Assembly (NCBI GenBank): GCA_964545715.1
Contig: CAZJHX010000014.1
Location: forward strand, 17,789-81,788
Reading direction: 5' to 3'
DNA length: 64,000 nt
DNA from: an uncultured Myxococcales bacterium
GTDB lineage: Bacteria; Myxococcota_A; UBA9042; GCA-2863065
The notes under the pieces were generated by a model that ran no database searches, had not been told where the DNA came from, and saw only the letters and a list, made by a program, of their open reading frames with translations. The translations under genes and the position numbers were made by a program. Within the stretch, counting starts at the first letter, position 1. Each line of letters begins with the position of its first letter. Positions 48,261-57,170 of this stretch are shown here, in pieces.

Positions 48261-50147
48261 GTGGCACGTGCCCTTCTAGCTGCCTGCGCGGCAATCCTCT
48301 ATCTGCCCACCATGCTTCCCGGTCCGGGATGGCTGGATACCAGCGAGTTCATCGCCGGCGCTCACACCCTCGGCATCGTCCATCCGCCCGGGCATCCGCT
48401 GTACATGCTGCTGGCCAAGGCCTGCGCGCTGCTGATCCCGTTTGGCAGCATCGCCTTTCGCATCAACCTCTTCTCCGCCATGTGCGGCATCGGCTGCGCG
48501 CTGCTGGTCGCCGAGATCGTCCGACACGTCGCCGACTCTGTACGCCCCCCCGACCGTTGGCATGTCTGGTGCAGCGCCGCTGCCGGCCTGCTGTTTGCCG
48601 CCACCGACGCCAGCTGGCTGCAGAGCATCCGCGCCGAGGTGTACACGCTAAACGCGCTGCTGGTCCTGGCCGCGCTGTTGCTCGCTTTGAAGTGGGAGCG
48701 CTCGGAGAAGCGCCGGTACGTCTACGGCGCGGCGGTCCTGCTCGGCCTGGCGCTGTGCAACCACCACTATCTGGTGATCTTCTTCCTGCCGGCGCCGCTG
48801 CTGCTGCTGCTGCTGCGGCCTGCCGGTCGCGCGCTGATGACGTCGCGGGCCGTCCTGCACGTCGCGGTGCTGATGTTCGTGGCGCTGGCGGTGTACGCGT
48901 ACCTCCCGCTACGCGCCATGACCGATCCCGACATCAACTGGACCGATCCCGTCACGCTGGAGCGCTTCTACGACACCCTGAGCGCGCGCACATTTCAGGC
49001 CAGCGTGTCCTCCACGGCCCGCAGCGCGCCGATGGGCGACAACATCGGTCTGGCCATGGGCATGTTTGCCGGGCAGGTCAGCGTCGTGGGGCTGCTGGCG
49101 GCGCTGGCCGGACTGACCGCGCTGCTGTTTCGAGCGCAGGCCATCGGCATCCTCTTGTTCGTGGCGTTCGGCTTCAACGTCCTCACCAAGGGGATCATGT
49201 TGATCGATCCCAACAACCCGGACGATTACGGCTACTTTCTGGTGGGCGTGGCGCTGCTCACTGTCGGGATCGGGGTACTGCCCGCCATTGTGGCCGATCG
49301 CCACCGCGCGCTGCTGCCCACGTCGGTGGTCGTGCTCGCCGCCGGCGCCGTCGCCATGGCGGTCGCGGTATGGCCGGGCGTCGACCTGTCCCGCGACCGA
49401 TCCGCGGCGACGATCAGCGACGCCACGCTCGATCGCGTCGCACCCGACGCCGTCGTGGCGGTCAACTTCTACAGTATCTTCTTCAGCCACTGGCATGCGC
49501 AGCTCGTCGACGAGCGCCGTCCGGACGTTGCGCTGGTACACGCCACCTTTGACGCCAAGCGCTACGACGGCGGGCCTTACGTGGCCGCATTGCGGCGCCG
49601 GCACCCGGACCTGGAGCCCGCGCTGGCGGAGTTTGAGCGGACAATGGACTTTCCCCAGGCCGGCCTGCGCATGGTCGCCCGCAGCCGCCCGGTCTATGTG
49701 GAGCCAATGCCCGAGCGCACCCCTGAGCCCGCGGGCTTCGGCGCAGCGGGCCTGGTCCGCAAGCTGGTCGACTCGCCGATTGACGACGCGACGGCGGCGG
49801 CGGCGGATCGCACCTTTTGGACGCCGGTGCTCAAACGCCTCTACAGCGATGGAGAGCCCAACCGCGAGGCGCGACGGCTGCTGAGCTGGATGCACTTCAT
49901 CCACGCCACATGGGCTCTGCGGCGGGGATGGTCGCGCACGGCCTGGCAGATCGCCACGCGCGGCAAAGGCCTGAGCCGCGCTGCCGAGCACGAGGACCTG
50001 TCGGCGCTGGCAACCGGCCTGGCGACGTTCGACCAACAGATCACCGCCGCTCCTATCGCTGCGCGGCCCTTCCGCAGACTGCAACGCAGCGTCCGGCGCG
50101 CCTTCTTCGCCGAACTGGACTACCTCGAGCTACTTGTGCAGCAATAG
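48261..50147 (+). CDS. DUF2723-type polytopic membrane protein (putative glycosyltransferase of the TMEM260/PMT-like superfamily)
   Basis: N-terminal hallmark LPGPGWLDTSEFIAGAHTLGIVHPPGHPLY, many TM helices and a C-terminal soluble domain. A GTG start at 48261 is preferred over the ORF-track Met at 48120. Confidence 0.7.
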   Translation: MARALLAACAAILYLPTMLPGPGWLDTSEFIAGAHTLGIVHPPGHPLYMLLAKACALLIPFGSIAFRINLFSAMCGIGCALLVAEIVRHVADSVRPPDRWHVWCSAAAGLLFAATDASWLQSIRAEVYTLNALLVLAALLLALKWERSEKRRYVYGAAVLLGLALCNHHYLVIFFLPAPLLLLLLRPAGRALMTSRAVLHVAVLMFVALAVYAYLPLRAMTDPDINWTDPVTLERFYDTLSARTFQASVSSTARSAPMGDNIGLAMGMFAGQVSVVGLLAALAGLTALLFRAQAIGILLFVAFGFNVLTKGIMLIDPNNPDDYGYFLVGVALLTVGIGVLPAIVADRHRALLPTSVVVLAAGAVAMAVAVWPGVDLSRDRSAATISDATLDRVAPDAVVAVNFYSIFFSHWHAQLVDERRPDVALVHATFDAKRYDGGPYVAALRRRHPDLEPALAEFERTMDFPQAGLRMVARSRPVYVEPMPERTPEPAGFGAAGLVRKLVDSPIDDATAAAADRTFWTPVLKRLYSDGEPNREARRLLSWMHFIHATWALRRGWSRTAWQIATRGKGLSRAAEHEDLSALATGLATFDQQITAAPIAARPFRRLQRSVRRAFFAELDYLELLVQQ

Positions 50148-50151
50148 CTGC

Positions 50152-50589
50152 ATGAGCGGTGAGTTTCGCGGGTTTACAGTCACATCCGATCCCCCTGAGA
50201 GCCTGTACGAGTACTACCGGTTTACCGAGGAGGGGCGACACTTCCTGAGCGCGCTTGTCAACCGCCTTCAGCCGCGAATCGCCAGCGCGCGCTTCAACGC
50301 TGGACGCGACGTGCGCGGCGGGCGCGACTATTACTTTGAGAACGTCGAGATCCACATTCGAGGTCGCAAGGACCCGTCGTTTCTCGGGCTCTTTCACTAC
50401 CTCGCTCCCGAGGAGCGCGCAGGCAGCTGGTTTCAGCTGTGGGAGTGGGAGCATGACGACAATCCCTGCATCAACGTGCCGGTGGCCGAGCTGATCGAAA
50501 AGGTCTTGGAGGCCACCGAGAAAGGGCGGCTGTCCGAGATGCTGAGCAACATCGCGGCCGACATCAAGAAGCAACTTGGGTTGCATTGA
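50152..50589 (+). CDS. Hypothetical protein (about 145 aa)
   Basis: MSGEFRGFTVTSDPPESLYEYYRFTEEGRHFLSALV... Clean frame with no recognisable domain. Lies upstream of infC. Confidence 0.45.
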   Translation: MSGEFRGFTVTSDPPESLYEYYRFTEEGRHFLSALVNRLQPRIASARFNAGRDVRGGRDYYFENVEIHIRGRKDPSFLGLFHYLAPEERAGSWFQLWEWEHDDNPCINVPVAELIEKVLEATEKGRLSEMLSNIAADIKKQLGLH

Positions 50590-50659
50590 TGCACGAATGG
50601 GCGTATTGAAACTTCTTGACCAGTCTACTGCACTGCAATTTTGAGCGAAGGGCAAGCCA

Positions 50660-51394
50660 CTGAGACCTAGACGACCTGTACTCCCCGAGAAGCGCGAACG
50701 CGTCAACCGCGATATCCGCGCCCGCGAAATCCGAGTCATCTCCGATACTGGAGAGCAGCTCGGCATCATGTCCCCATACGACGCACTGAGCGTTGCCAGG
50801 GACCGCGGCCTCGACCTTGTCGAGGTAGCACCGGAGGCTCGCCCGCCCGTCTGCAAGATCATGGACTACGGCAAACTGCGGTATGACCAGACCAAGCGCA
50901 GCGCCCCCAAACCGAAGTTCGAGGTCAAGACGATCACGCTTCGGCCCAAGACGAGCGATCACGATCTCGAAACCAAGCTGAAGCACGCACGCAAGTTCCT
51001 CAGCCGTGGCGACAAAGTCCGCTTCCAGGTCCGCATGCGCGGCCGCGAGCGCGCACGCCCCGGAATGTGGGCAGAGAAGCTGATGGATATCCTGAAGAAT
51101 CTGTCAGACGTCGCCGTGATCATTCAGCGCCCAGCCCAGGAAGGCCGCGGCATCTTTGCCATGATCGAGCCGCTCAAGGGCTCGGTGAAGCAAACCCAGG
51201 ATGACGGCGGGCAGACCAGGGGCAAGAGCAAGGGCAAAGGCAAGAACCGTAAGGGTGGCGACGACGCTGCCAAGGCTGAAGCCGCTCCCAAAGCTGAAGC
51301 CGCTCCCAAAGCTGAAGCCGCTCCCAAAGCTGAAGCCGCTCCCAAAGCTGAGGCCAAGCCTCCTGCCGCGGACGACAAGCCAGCCTCAGAATGA
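50660..51394 (+). CDS. infC: Translation initiation factor IF-3 with a non-AUG start and a C-terminal Lys/Ala-rich extension containing a 4x AEAAPK repeat (dsg-like)
   Basis: Conserved IF-3 N-domain residues (NRDIRAREIRVISDTGEQLGIMS...LDLVEVAPEARPPVCKIMDYGK) lie upstream of the first ATG at 50768. The frame is open back to the TGA at 50642-50644 with no in-frame ATG or GTG, so CTG 50660 (or another non-canonical codon) is the likely start. IF-3 genes are known for AUU/non-AUG starts. Confidence 0.8.
   Translation: MRPRRPVLPEKRERVNRDIRAREIRVISDTGEQLGIMSPYDALSVARDRGLDLVEVAPEARPPVCKIMDYGKLRYDQTKRSAPKPKFEVKTITLRPKTSDHDLETKLKHARKFLSRGDKVRFQVRMRGRERARPGMWAEKLMDILKNLSDVAVIIQRPAQEGRGIFAMIEPLKGSVKQTQDDGGQTRGKSKGKGKNRKGGDDAAKAEAAPKAEAAPKAEAAPKAEAAPKAEAKPPAADDKPASE
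51275..51352 (+). repeat. Perfect 18-bp tandem repeat x4 (gctgaagccgctcccaaa) encoding AEAAPK in the infC tail
   Basis: Seen directly in the sequence. Confidence 0.9.
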
Positions 51395-52693
51395 GTGATT
51401 GACGGTCACGTTCACGCTCATCGTGAACCCACCGTGCTCCAAGTCTCCCACCGGATCGCCCCGGTTCTCCTTGACCACTGTACGACGCGGCAAAATGCCG
51501 AGCTGTGACGCGATCTGTATGCTGATCGGGCGCCCGCTGACAAACGGATCGTCAAAGGTGAAGGCGGCCCCCAGGCTGACCGCGTGAACGTCGTTATCCA
51601 GGTAGTTGAACGGGCCGCTGGCACGCGGTGCCGCCGTCGGTCGGACGTAGTAGCCACTCCACACCGCAAGCCACTCCAAGGGCGTCCACTCCAATCCCAG
51701 ACGCGGGGTCACCGTGTCACGAAAGTTCAGCTCGATGGGCGGCCGCTCGGTGCCGATGTCCAGCGCCTTGTCCAGCCCAAACGCGTCCAGCAGTCCGCCA
51801 CCGAAGTCGATGCCGAGGCTCGGTGATGGATCGGGGGCCAGCGACCACATCGCGTAGTCGACCTCCGCGCTGACCGTCAAATCGATCGCGTCAAACTTCC
51901 AGCTGACGCCAACGTTGATCTGGTGTGGCGTGTAGAGCACGCTGCCGCCCACATCCAGGCCGAGCGCGATCACGTCCCCCGCGGCGATCCCGGCCGGCAG
52001 ACCAAACTGCAGGCCGTGCTCCTGGCGGTACGTCACCCCGATATCAAGGCCGCCGACCGGGCGAATGTGCAGCCCCGCTGTCGCCGCCGCGTTGGGAATG
52101 AGCTCAACGCGGACGTCGTACTGCTCGAAGGTGCCGTTGACCAAATCGACCTGAAAGCGCGCCTCGCCAAAGACGTCCGCCAACACCTGGACGCCGACGC
52201 CAAAGCTCAACCACTCGACCGGCTCGTAAGCGAGGCTGGCCAGGATCACCAGCTGGTCGGGCAGGTTCTGATACATGTAGAACTGCGGCGTCTGGGGGTC
52301 CAACGACTCCGCGCGCACGAGGTTGATGCTGGGCACGTAGAACACGATGCCGGTGGCCAGCTTGTTCTCGAACACACCGCCCAGCGGAAACAGCCAGCCG
52401 AGGTGAAAGCCCGAGAAGGACTGTGGCAGCACCGCCTCAAAGTCAGACTCCGCCAGGCCGCGCGTGACCGTCAGCTCCGGCGACGTGAAGGTGAAGCCGC
52501 CGCCAAACGTGATGCGCTTGGACCGGGCGAGCGCGGCCGGGTTGTAGAACGTCGCAGTGTAATCGTTGGCCTGGGCCGCCTGAGCGCCCCCCATGCCGAT
52601 GCCGCGCGCACCCATCCCGTATACGTCGAAGATGTTCGCGCTCGCCGACAGGGGCGCAGCCAGCACGCACAGAGCCAGCAGCGCCCTCAACAT
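51386..52693 (-). CDS. Outer-membrane beta-barrel, FadL/OmpP1/TodX-like hydrophobic-compound transporter
   Basis: Signal peptide. N-terminal IFDVYGMGARGIGMGGAQAAQANDYTATFYNPAALA resembles the FadL-family N-terminus. Alternating beta-strand pattern and a C-terminal Phe. Confidence 0.7.
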   Translation of the reverse strand: MLRALLALCVLAAPLSASANIFDVYGMGARGIGMGGAQAAQANDYTATFYNPAALARSKRITFGGGFTFTSPELTVTRGLAESDFEAVLPQSFSGFHLGWLFPLGGVFENKLATGIVFYVPSINLVRAESLDPQTPQFYMYQNLPDQLVILASLAYEPVEWLSFGVGVQVLADVFGEARFQVDLVNGTFEQYDVRVELIPNAAATAGLHIRPVGGLDIGVTYRQEHGLQFGLPAGIAAGDVIALGLDVGGSVLYTPHQINVGVSWKFDAIDLTVSAEVDYAMWSLAPDPSPSLGIDFGGGLLDAFGLDKALDIGTERPPIELNFRDTVTPRLGLEWTPLEWLAVWSGYYVRPTAAPRASGPFNYLDNDVHAVSLGAAFTFDDPFVSGRPISIQIASQLGILPRRTVVKENRGDPVGDLEHGGFTMSVNVTVNHSF

Positions 52694-53661
52694 TCGCCGA
52701 TCGCCAGTGTCAGCAGCACGTCCAGCAGCTCTCCGACCGCGCCCGCCTGAATCAGCGTGACCAGGTCGGGCACCAACTTTTCGGCCGTTTTGGGACGCAA
52801 CAGCACCGCTATACCGATCACGAGCGAGCCGCGCACCGTGTCGTCCGCAACGAGCAGGCGAATCAGCGGCAGCCCGATGCGCTGAATAGTCTCGGTGGTG
52901 CCGCCCGGGTACAGATCGATCGACACGGCCGGCAGATCAGCGCGCACGATGTCGAACAGCGTGCCGGCCAGCTCATCCTCGGGATCCGCCTGCAACAGGC
53001 AGCGCGTGACCAGCTGCACCGACTCCAGCCGCGGGCCCGGAGCCAGCAGCGCCGTCAGTAAGGACTCCAGCTGCGGCACGATGGCCACGATGTCCGCCAC
53101 GTCGAAGCCGCTGTCGGAGATGGACGTGATGAGCGCCCGAATGAGCGCCTGGAAGCCGGCCTTGTTCTCCAGCTTGGACAGGTCTATCGGCAGCTGGATG
53201 TCGACACCGCCGAGCGTCTCGATCTCGGCCAGGAGCGCCTCATCCGACAGCAGCTCTTCCAGCGTGATCAGCAGCGGCTTGCCCGTGCACTGCTCCAGCA
53301 GCTTGCCGACAATACCCAGCCCCTCGTACTCGGTCACGGCGCCAAGCACCCCGCCCAGGGTACCGGCGACCTGATCGAGCTGCCCGCTGTCGATCAGCGG
53401 TGACAGCTCGCGAATGGTCCCGGGTGGCAGGGCATCGATTATCTTGAGCAGCGCATCGATCAGCCTGGTCCGCGAGTCGGCTGTGAAGTCGCGCTGAGTG
53501 ACGCTGCGCAGTCCGTCCAGGCGCCCGTCCTCCAGCAGCTGCAGAAATGTGGTCAGCCGCTGCTCCAGCTTCACGCACTGGGTCGTCTCCGGCAGCGGAC
53601 GCGCGTCCTGCTCGAAGGCGCCGCAGCCCACCAGCACCAGTGCTGCCGCGACCGCTCTCAA
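52687..53661 (-). CDS. Hypothetical lipoprotein, Leu-rich helical
   Basis: MRAVAAALVLVGCGAF lipobox. No recognisable domain. Overlaps neighbours at both ends (operon-like). Confidence 0.55.
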   Translation of the reverse strand: MRAVAAALVLVGCGAFEQDARPLPETTQCVKLEQRLTTFLQLLEDGRLDGLRSVTQRDFTADSRTRLIDALLKIIDALPPGTIRELSPLIDSGQLDQVAGTLGGVLGAVTEYEGLGIVGKLLEQCTGKPLLITLEELLSDEALLAEIETLGGVDIQLPIDLSKLENKAGFQALIRALITSISDSGFDVADIVAIVPQLESLLTALLAPGPRLESVQLVTRCLLQADPEDELAGTLFDIVRADLPAVSIDLYPGGTTETIQRIGLPLIRLLVADDTVRGSLVIGIAVLLRPKTAEKLVPDLVTLIQAGAVGELLDVLLTLAIGEC

Positions 53662-54155
53662 TCCAGCCGTGCCTCGAAGATGGCTGCCTGGCCCGGGCTC
53701 TCCTGCACGGCGACCGTGATGGTGTGGATTTGACCGCTGGGCATCTCGGCGCGCGTGCGCTTGACGATCTCGCCGGCCAAATACTCCGCCAGGCGCTCAC
53801 TGGACGTGTTGTTGATCGGCAGGATCTGCACGTCACGCCTGGGAAAGACAAAGCGGTCTTCGCCGTACCAGACCGTGACCTCTCTCTCGCTCTCCTCCAG
53901 CTTCAGCCACTTGCTGTCGCGCGGCAGCAGCGTCCGGTGGTCCAGCTCGTCGCAGCACGCCTTGACGATGGGCTTGAAGGGGATGAAGTCCAGCACCACA
54001 TCGCCTTCAGTCAGCGCGCCCGAGACCTCCACCGACACGTGATAGTTGTGCCCGTGCAGCTCCTCGCGGGTGCCGTCCTCAAAGATTAGAAAATGCGCCG
54101 AACCGAAGTTGAAGTACTGCTTGTCGACGCGGATGCGAAAGACGGACGTTTTCAT
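53658..54155 (-). CDS. COG0720 (6-pyruvoyl-tetrahydropterin synthase / QueD-like) paralog lacking the CxxxHGH cysteine (ExxHGH variant)
   Basis: MKTSVFRIRVDKQYFNFGSAHFL...EELHGHNYHVSVEV. The ATG overlaps the stop of the upstream paralog (TGATG). GAGGAGG RBS. Confidence 0.75.
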   Translation of the reverse strand: MKTSVFRIRVDKQYFNFGSAHFLIFEDGTREELHGHNYHVSVEVSGALTEGDVVLDFIPFKPIVKACCDELDHRTLLPRDSKWLKLEESEREVTVWYGEDRFVFPRRDVQILPINNTSSERLAEYLAGEIVKRTRAEMPSGQIHTITVAVQESPGQAAIFEARLD

Positions 54156-54526
54156 CACTGCCCTCCTCGATAGGTGCACCGGGCGTTGCACGTCTCGCGT
54201 ACGGTCACAGCCGTCAGCTGTGGCAGTCCGGAGTGGAGACGAGTCCAGATCCACCGGGCGAGCACCTCGGAGGTCGGGTTGGACAACCCTTCGATCTCGT
54301 TCAGCAAATAGTGATCCAGCTGCTTCCTGACGGGCTCGATGACCGCCCGGATGTCGGCATAGTCCATCAACCACCCGGACTCATCATCGATCGGGCCGGC
54401 AGCCGTCACCGTGCAGCGAAAAGAGTGACCGTGCAGCCGACTGCACTTGTGACCTTCAGGCACGTTGGGCAGCCGGTGAGCCGCCTCAAACCGAAAGTCC
54501 ACCTCAAGCTCTACATGATCCGCCAT
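54155..54526 (-). CDS. queD: 6-carboxy-5,6,7,8-tetrahydropterin synthase (QueD-type, CxxxHGH motif)
   Basis: LEVDFRFEAAHRLPNVPEGHKCSRLHGHSF carries the canonical QueD C-x3-HGH zinc motif. Length 123 aa. Confidence 0.75.
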   Translation of the reverse strand: MADHVELEVDFRFEAAHRLPNVPEGHKCSRLHGHSFRCTVTAAGPIDDESGWLMDYADIRAVIEPVRKQLDHYLLNEIEGLSNPTSEVLARWIWTRLHSGLPQLTAVTVRETCNARCTYRGGQ

Positions 54527-54560
54527 AGCGCCGCGGAGATTAGCACGAAACCGCCCTCTG

Positions 54561-57116
54561 TCAGGGGACTGTGAGCCAGCGCACTTTGATGCGCGCTTTG
54601 AAGCCCACTCCGTCCCGCCAGGCGACCGCGATGCGCGTGTCGGTCAGCGTGACGGCGCGCGGGCCGGCCTGCGAGCCCTTGGTGGTCAGGTTGATGGCGG
54701 TGTCGCTGCCGATCGGCTTGCCGTCCTGTCCGACCAGCCGGGCATAGATGCCTACCTCGTCGACGTCCGGTCCCTGCCAGACGACGTACCATCCGGCCCC
54801 GGGTACGACCGCTGCGGACGGCCGCTCCTGCAGGCCGCTTGAGACACTGTTGACCGAGATGACGCCGCCGTCCAGCTGGTCGTCGGGCCCGATCAGCTGG
54901 GCGAAGACGTCGCCGCTGTCCGGCTCACCGGCATCAAACGCGGCCAGCACGCTGCCGTCTTCAGCCACAGCCACGCTCGGGTTGGCAGGGTTCTTCCCGC
55001 TGATGTCAACGACGAGGATCTCGGCCTTGGGCTTGCCGTCCGCCGGCACCTTTCGCAGCCGCAGCTGCTGCGACACGTCGATGCCGACCAGCGAGTCGAT
55101 GGTCCAGCCGGCCCACAAGCCACCGGCCGGATGTGCCGCCGAATGCAGCCCCGTCACCAGCTTGCCGGAGGCTGTCGGCTCGGTGATGAGCACCGCAGGA
55201 CTGGGCTCGTTTTTGCCGTCGGTTATCGACGCGTAGACCAGCTGCGCGGCGGGCGTGACCGGCCCCTCGATTCGCAGCGCCGCAACCAGCCCTTTGGAGA
55301 TGGGCACGGCCGTCGGGAAGGGATTGGCGGGCAGCGAAAACACCGGATCGATCTGAACGATGCCGATATCTTTCTCGTCGGGCAACGGCACCTGCCGCAC
55401 GTGCACCTCGCCCAGGCCCCCGCTGAGCCACGCCACGATCACGCCGCCTTCGCCCAGGTTGGGGGCAGCGACAACGGATGGGAACGGCAGGTTGACCCCA
55501 ACCGGGCCACTGACGTCCAGCGCGTCCTCGACGCCCTCACCGTTGGCATCAAAGCGGCGCAGCATCACGGGGAACGACGCCATCTTGGGAGACGCCCACA
55601 CCACCGCGAGGCCGCCCGCGGTCAGCGCCGCCAACCCGGGACGCCCCAGGGCCGGCTCATCCCACACCTCGAGCTCGCCGTTGACCGCGCAGCTGCCGTT
55701 GCCCACGCAGCTCTTTCCGATTTGGCAGGGCGTCGGCTCGCCGAAGCTCAAGAACCCGTCCTCATCGGCCTCGCAGATGGCAACCGCGTCCCCAATGCAC
55801 GTCGCCTCGGCAAACAGGCAGTCGTCCACGCCGCATTTGCCGCTCTTGCACACCTGTCCGTCCGCGCAAGGCTGCGGGTCCGTAAACGTCAGGAAGCCGG
55901 ACTCGCCAACCACGCAGGTTTGCAGCGCCCCGCCGCTCTCGCAGGTAACCACGCCCTCCAGTGGACACTCATCCTCGCCGCACTGCCCCTCACCCTTGCA
56001 CAGCTGGCCGCCGTCGCATGGTCCGACCGGCTTCCACTTCAGGACGCCGTCCTCGTCGGCCTGGCAGATCTGGGTGTGGGTCTCGTCCTCGCATCCCGTG
56101 GCGCCGTCACCGGGGCACTCGTGCGGCAGGCAGGCGTCCTTCACGCAGATGGCCGGGTCCTCGCACGCCGTCGGCTCGGACCACGTCAGAAAGCCGTCCG
56201 CCCCGGCGGTGCACTGGCTGTAGCTCGTCTCGTCCAGGCACTCCAGCGCGCCATCCGGCTCGCAGCCGTCAACGCCACATGCGCCTTCGCGGCAGATCGT
56301 CTCCGGTGGACACGGCGTCTCCTCAGAAGGGACGAGGAAGCCGTCGCCGCCGACGGTGCAAGTCACGACGCCGCCGCCCTCACCACAGGCCTTGCTGCCT
56401 TTGGGTCCGCATTGGTGAGCGCCGCAGGTTCCGTCCGGGCCGCACAGCTCGTCATCGGGGCAGGGCTGCGCCTCGGCCAGGGTTCGAAACCCGTCGTCGC
56501 CGACGACACAGGAGGACGTGGCCGCGGCGCCGCTGCACTCGCTTGCGCCGACCTCCTTGCACCCGTGCACCCCGCACAATCCAGCCCCCGCGCAGACCTG
56601 GTCATCCGGGCACGCCACGGGCGCGGACCAGGCCAGTCCGTCCGCGCCGGGCTCACAGCTCTTGTAGGTGGCGGCGTCGATGCAGGACCGGGCGCCGGCG
56701 ATGTCGCACTGCACCTCGGTGCAGGCGCCGGCGTCACAGACCTGGCCGGTGGGGCAGGCGGAGTACTCGGACCACACCAACAGCTCGTCGGGACCGGGAG
56801 CGCACTCTTCCAGGCCGGTTGGCCCGACGCAGCGCACGTCACCGTCAGCGGGGCAGTCGTCCTGCCCACACACCCCGGCGCCGGCGCACCGATCCGGCGC
56901 GGTACACGGCGCAAGCTGCCAGGCCAGGCATCCAGCGGTCTCTACGCACACCCGACGTGACGTGGTGGACGCGCAGTCGGAGAGACCGGCTTCGGGACAC
57001 GGCGCTGTGCACCCGGACGGGGGTGTGTCGGGTGAGTCCGCCTCGGTTTTTGGGCGGAACTCGCTGCAGCCGAGCAGCGCAGCGCACAAAAACAGAACCG
57101 GGAGAAGTCGCCTCAC
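54561..57116 (-). CDS. Large secreted lipoprotein: N-terminal Cys-rich repeats (about 10 units of C.....C.......C..G.C) plus a C-terminal beta-propeller-like domain
   Basis: MRRLLPVLFLCAALLGCSE lipobox. Repeats of the type GACTEVQCDIAGARSCIDAATYKSCEPGADGLAWSAPVACPDDQVCAGAGLCGVHGC. Confidence 0.75.
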   Translation of the reverse strand: MRRLLPVLFLCAALLGCSEFRPKTEADSPDTPPSGCTAPCPEAGLSDCASTTSRRVCVETAGCLAWQLAPCTAPDRCAGAGVCGQDDCPADGDVRCVGPTGLEECAPGPDELLVWSEYSACPTGQVCDAGACTEVQCDIAGARSCIDAATYKSCEPGADGLAWSAPVACPDDQVCAGAGLCGVHGCKEVGASECSGAAATSSCVVGDDGFRTLAEAQPCPDDELCGPDGTCGAHQCGPKGSKACGEGGGVVTCTVGGDGFLVPSEETPCPPETICREGACGVDGCEPDGALECLDETSYSQCTAGADGFLTWSEPTACEDPAICVKDACLPHECPGDGATGCEDETHTQICQADEDGVLKWKPVGPCDGGQLCKGEGQCGEDECPLEGVVTCESGGALQTCVVGESGFLTFTDPQPCADGQVCKSGKCGVDDCLFAEATCIGDAVAICEADEDGFLSFGEPTPCQIGKSCVGNGSCAVNGELEVWDEPALGRPGLAALTAGGLAVVWASPKMASFPVMLRRFDANGEGVEDALDVSGPVGVNLPFPSVVAAPNLGEGGVIVAWLSGGLGEVHVRQVPLPDEKDIGIVQIDPVFSLPANPFPTAVPISKGLVAALRIEGPVTPAAQLVYASITDGKNEPSPAVLITEPTASGKLVTGLHSAAHPAGGLWAGWTIDSLVGIDVSQQLRLRKVPADGKPKAEILVVDISGKNPANPSVAVAEDGSVLAAFDAGEPDSGDVFAQLIGPDDQLDGGVISVNSVSSGLQERPSAAVVPGAGWYVVWQGPDVDEVGIYARLVGQDGKPIGSDTAINLTTKGSQAGPRAVTLTDTRIAVAWRDGVGFKARIKVRWLTVP

Positions 57117-57170
57117 GTAATGGTGAGGCAGTCTATCAGGAAGGGTTGGGGGGATTCAGTTTCTAACCTG

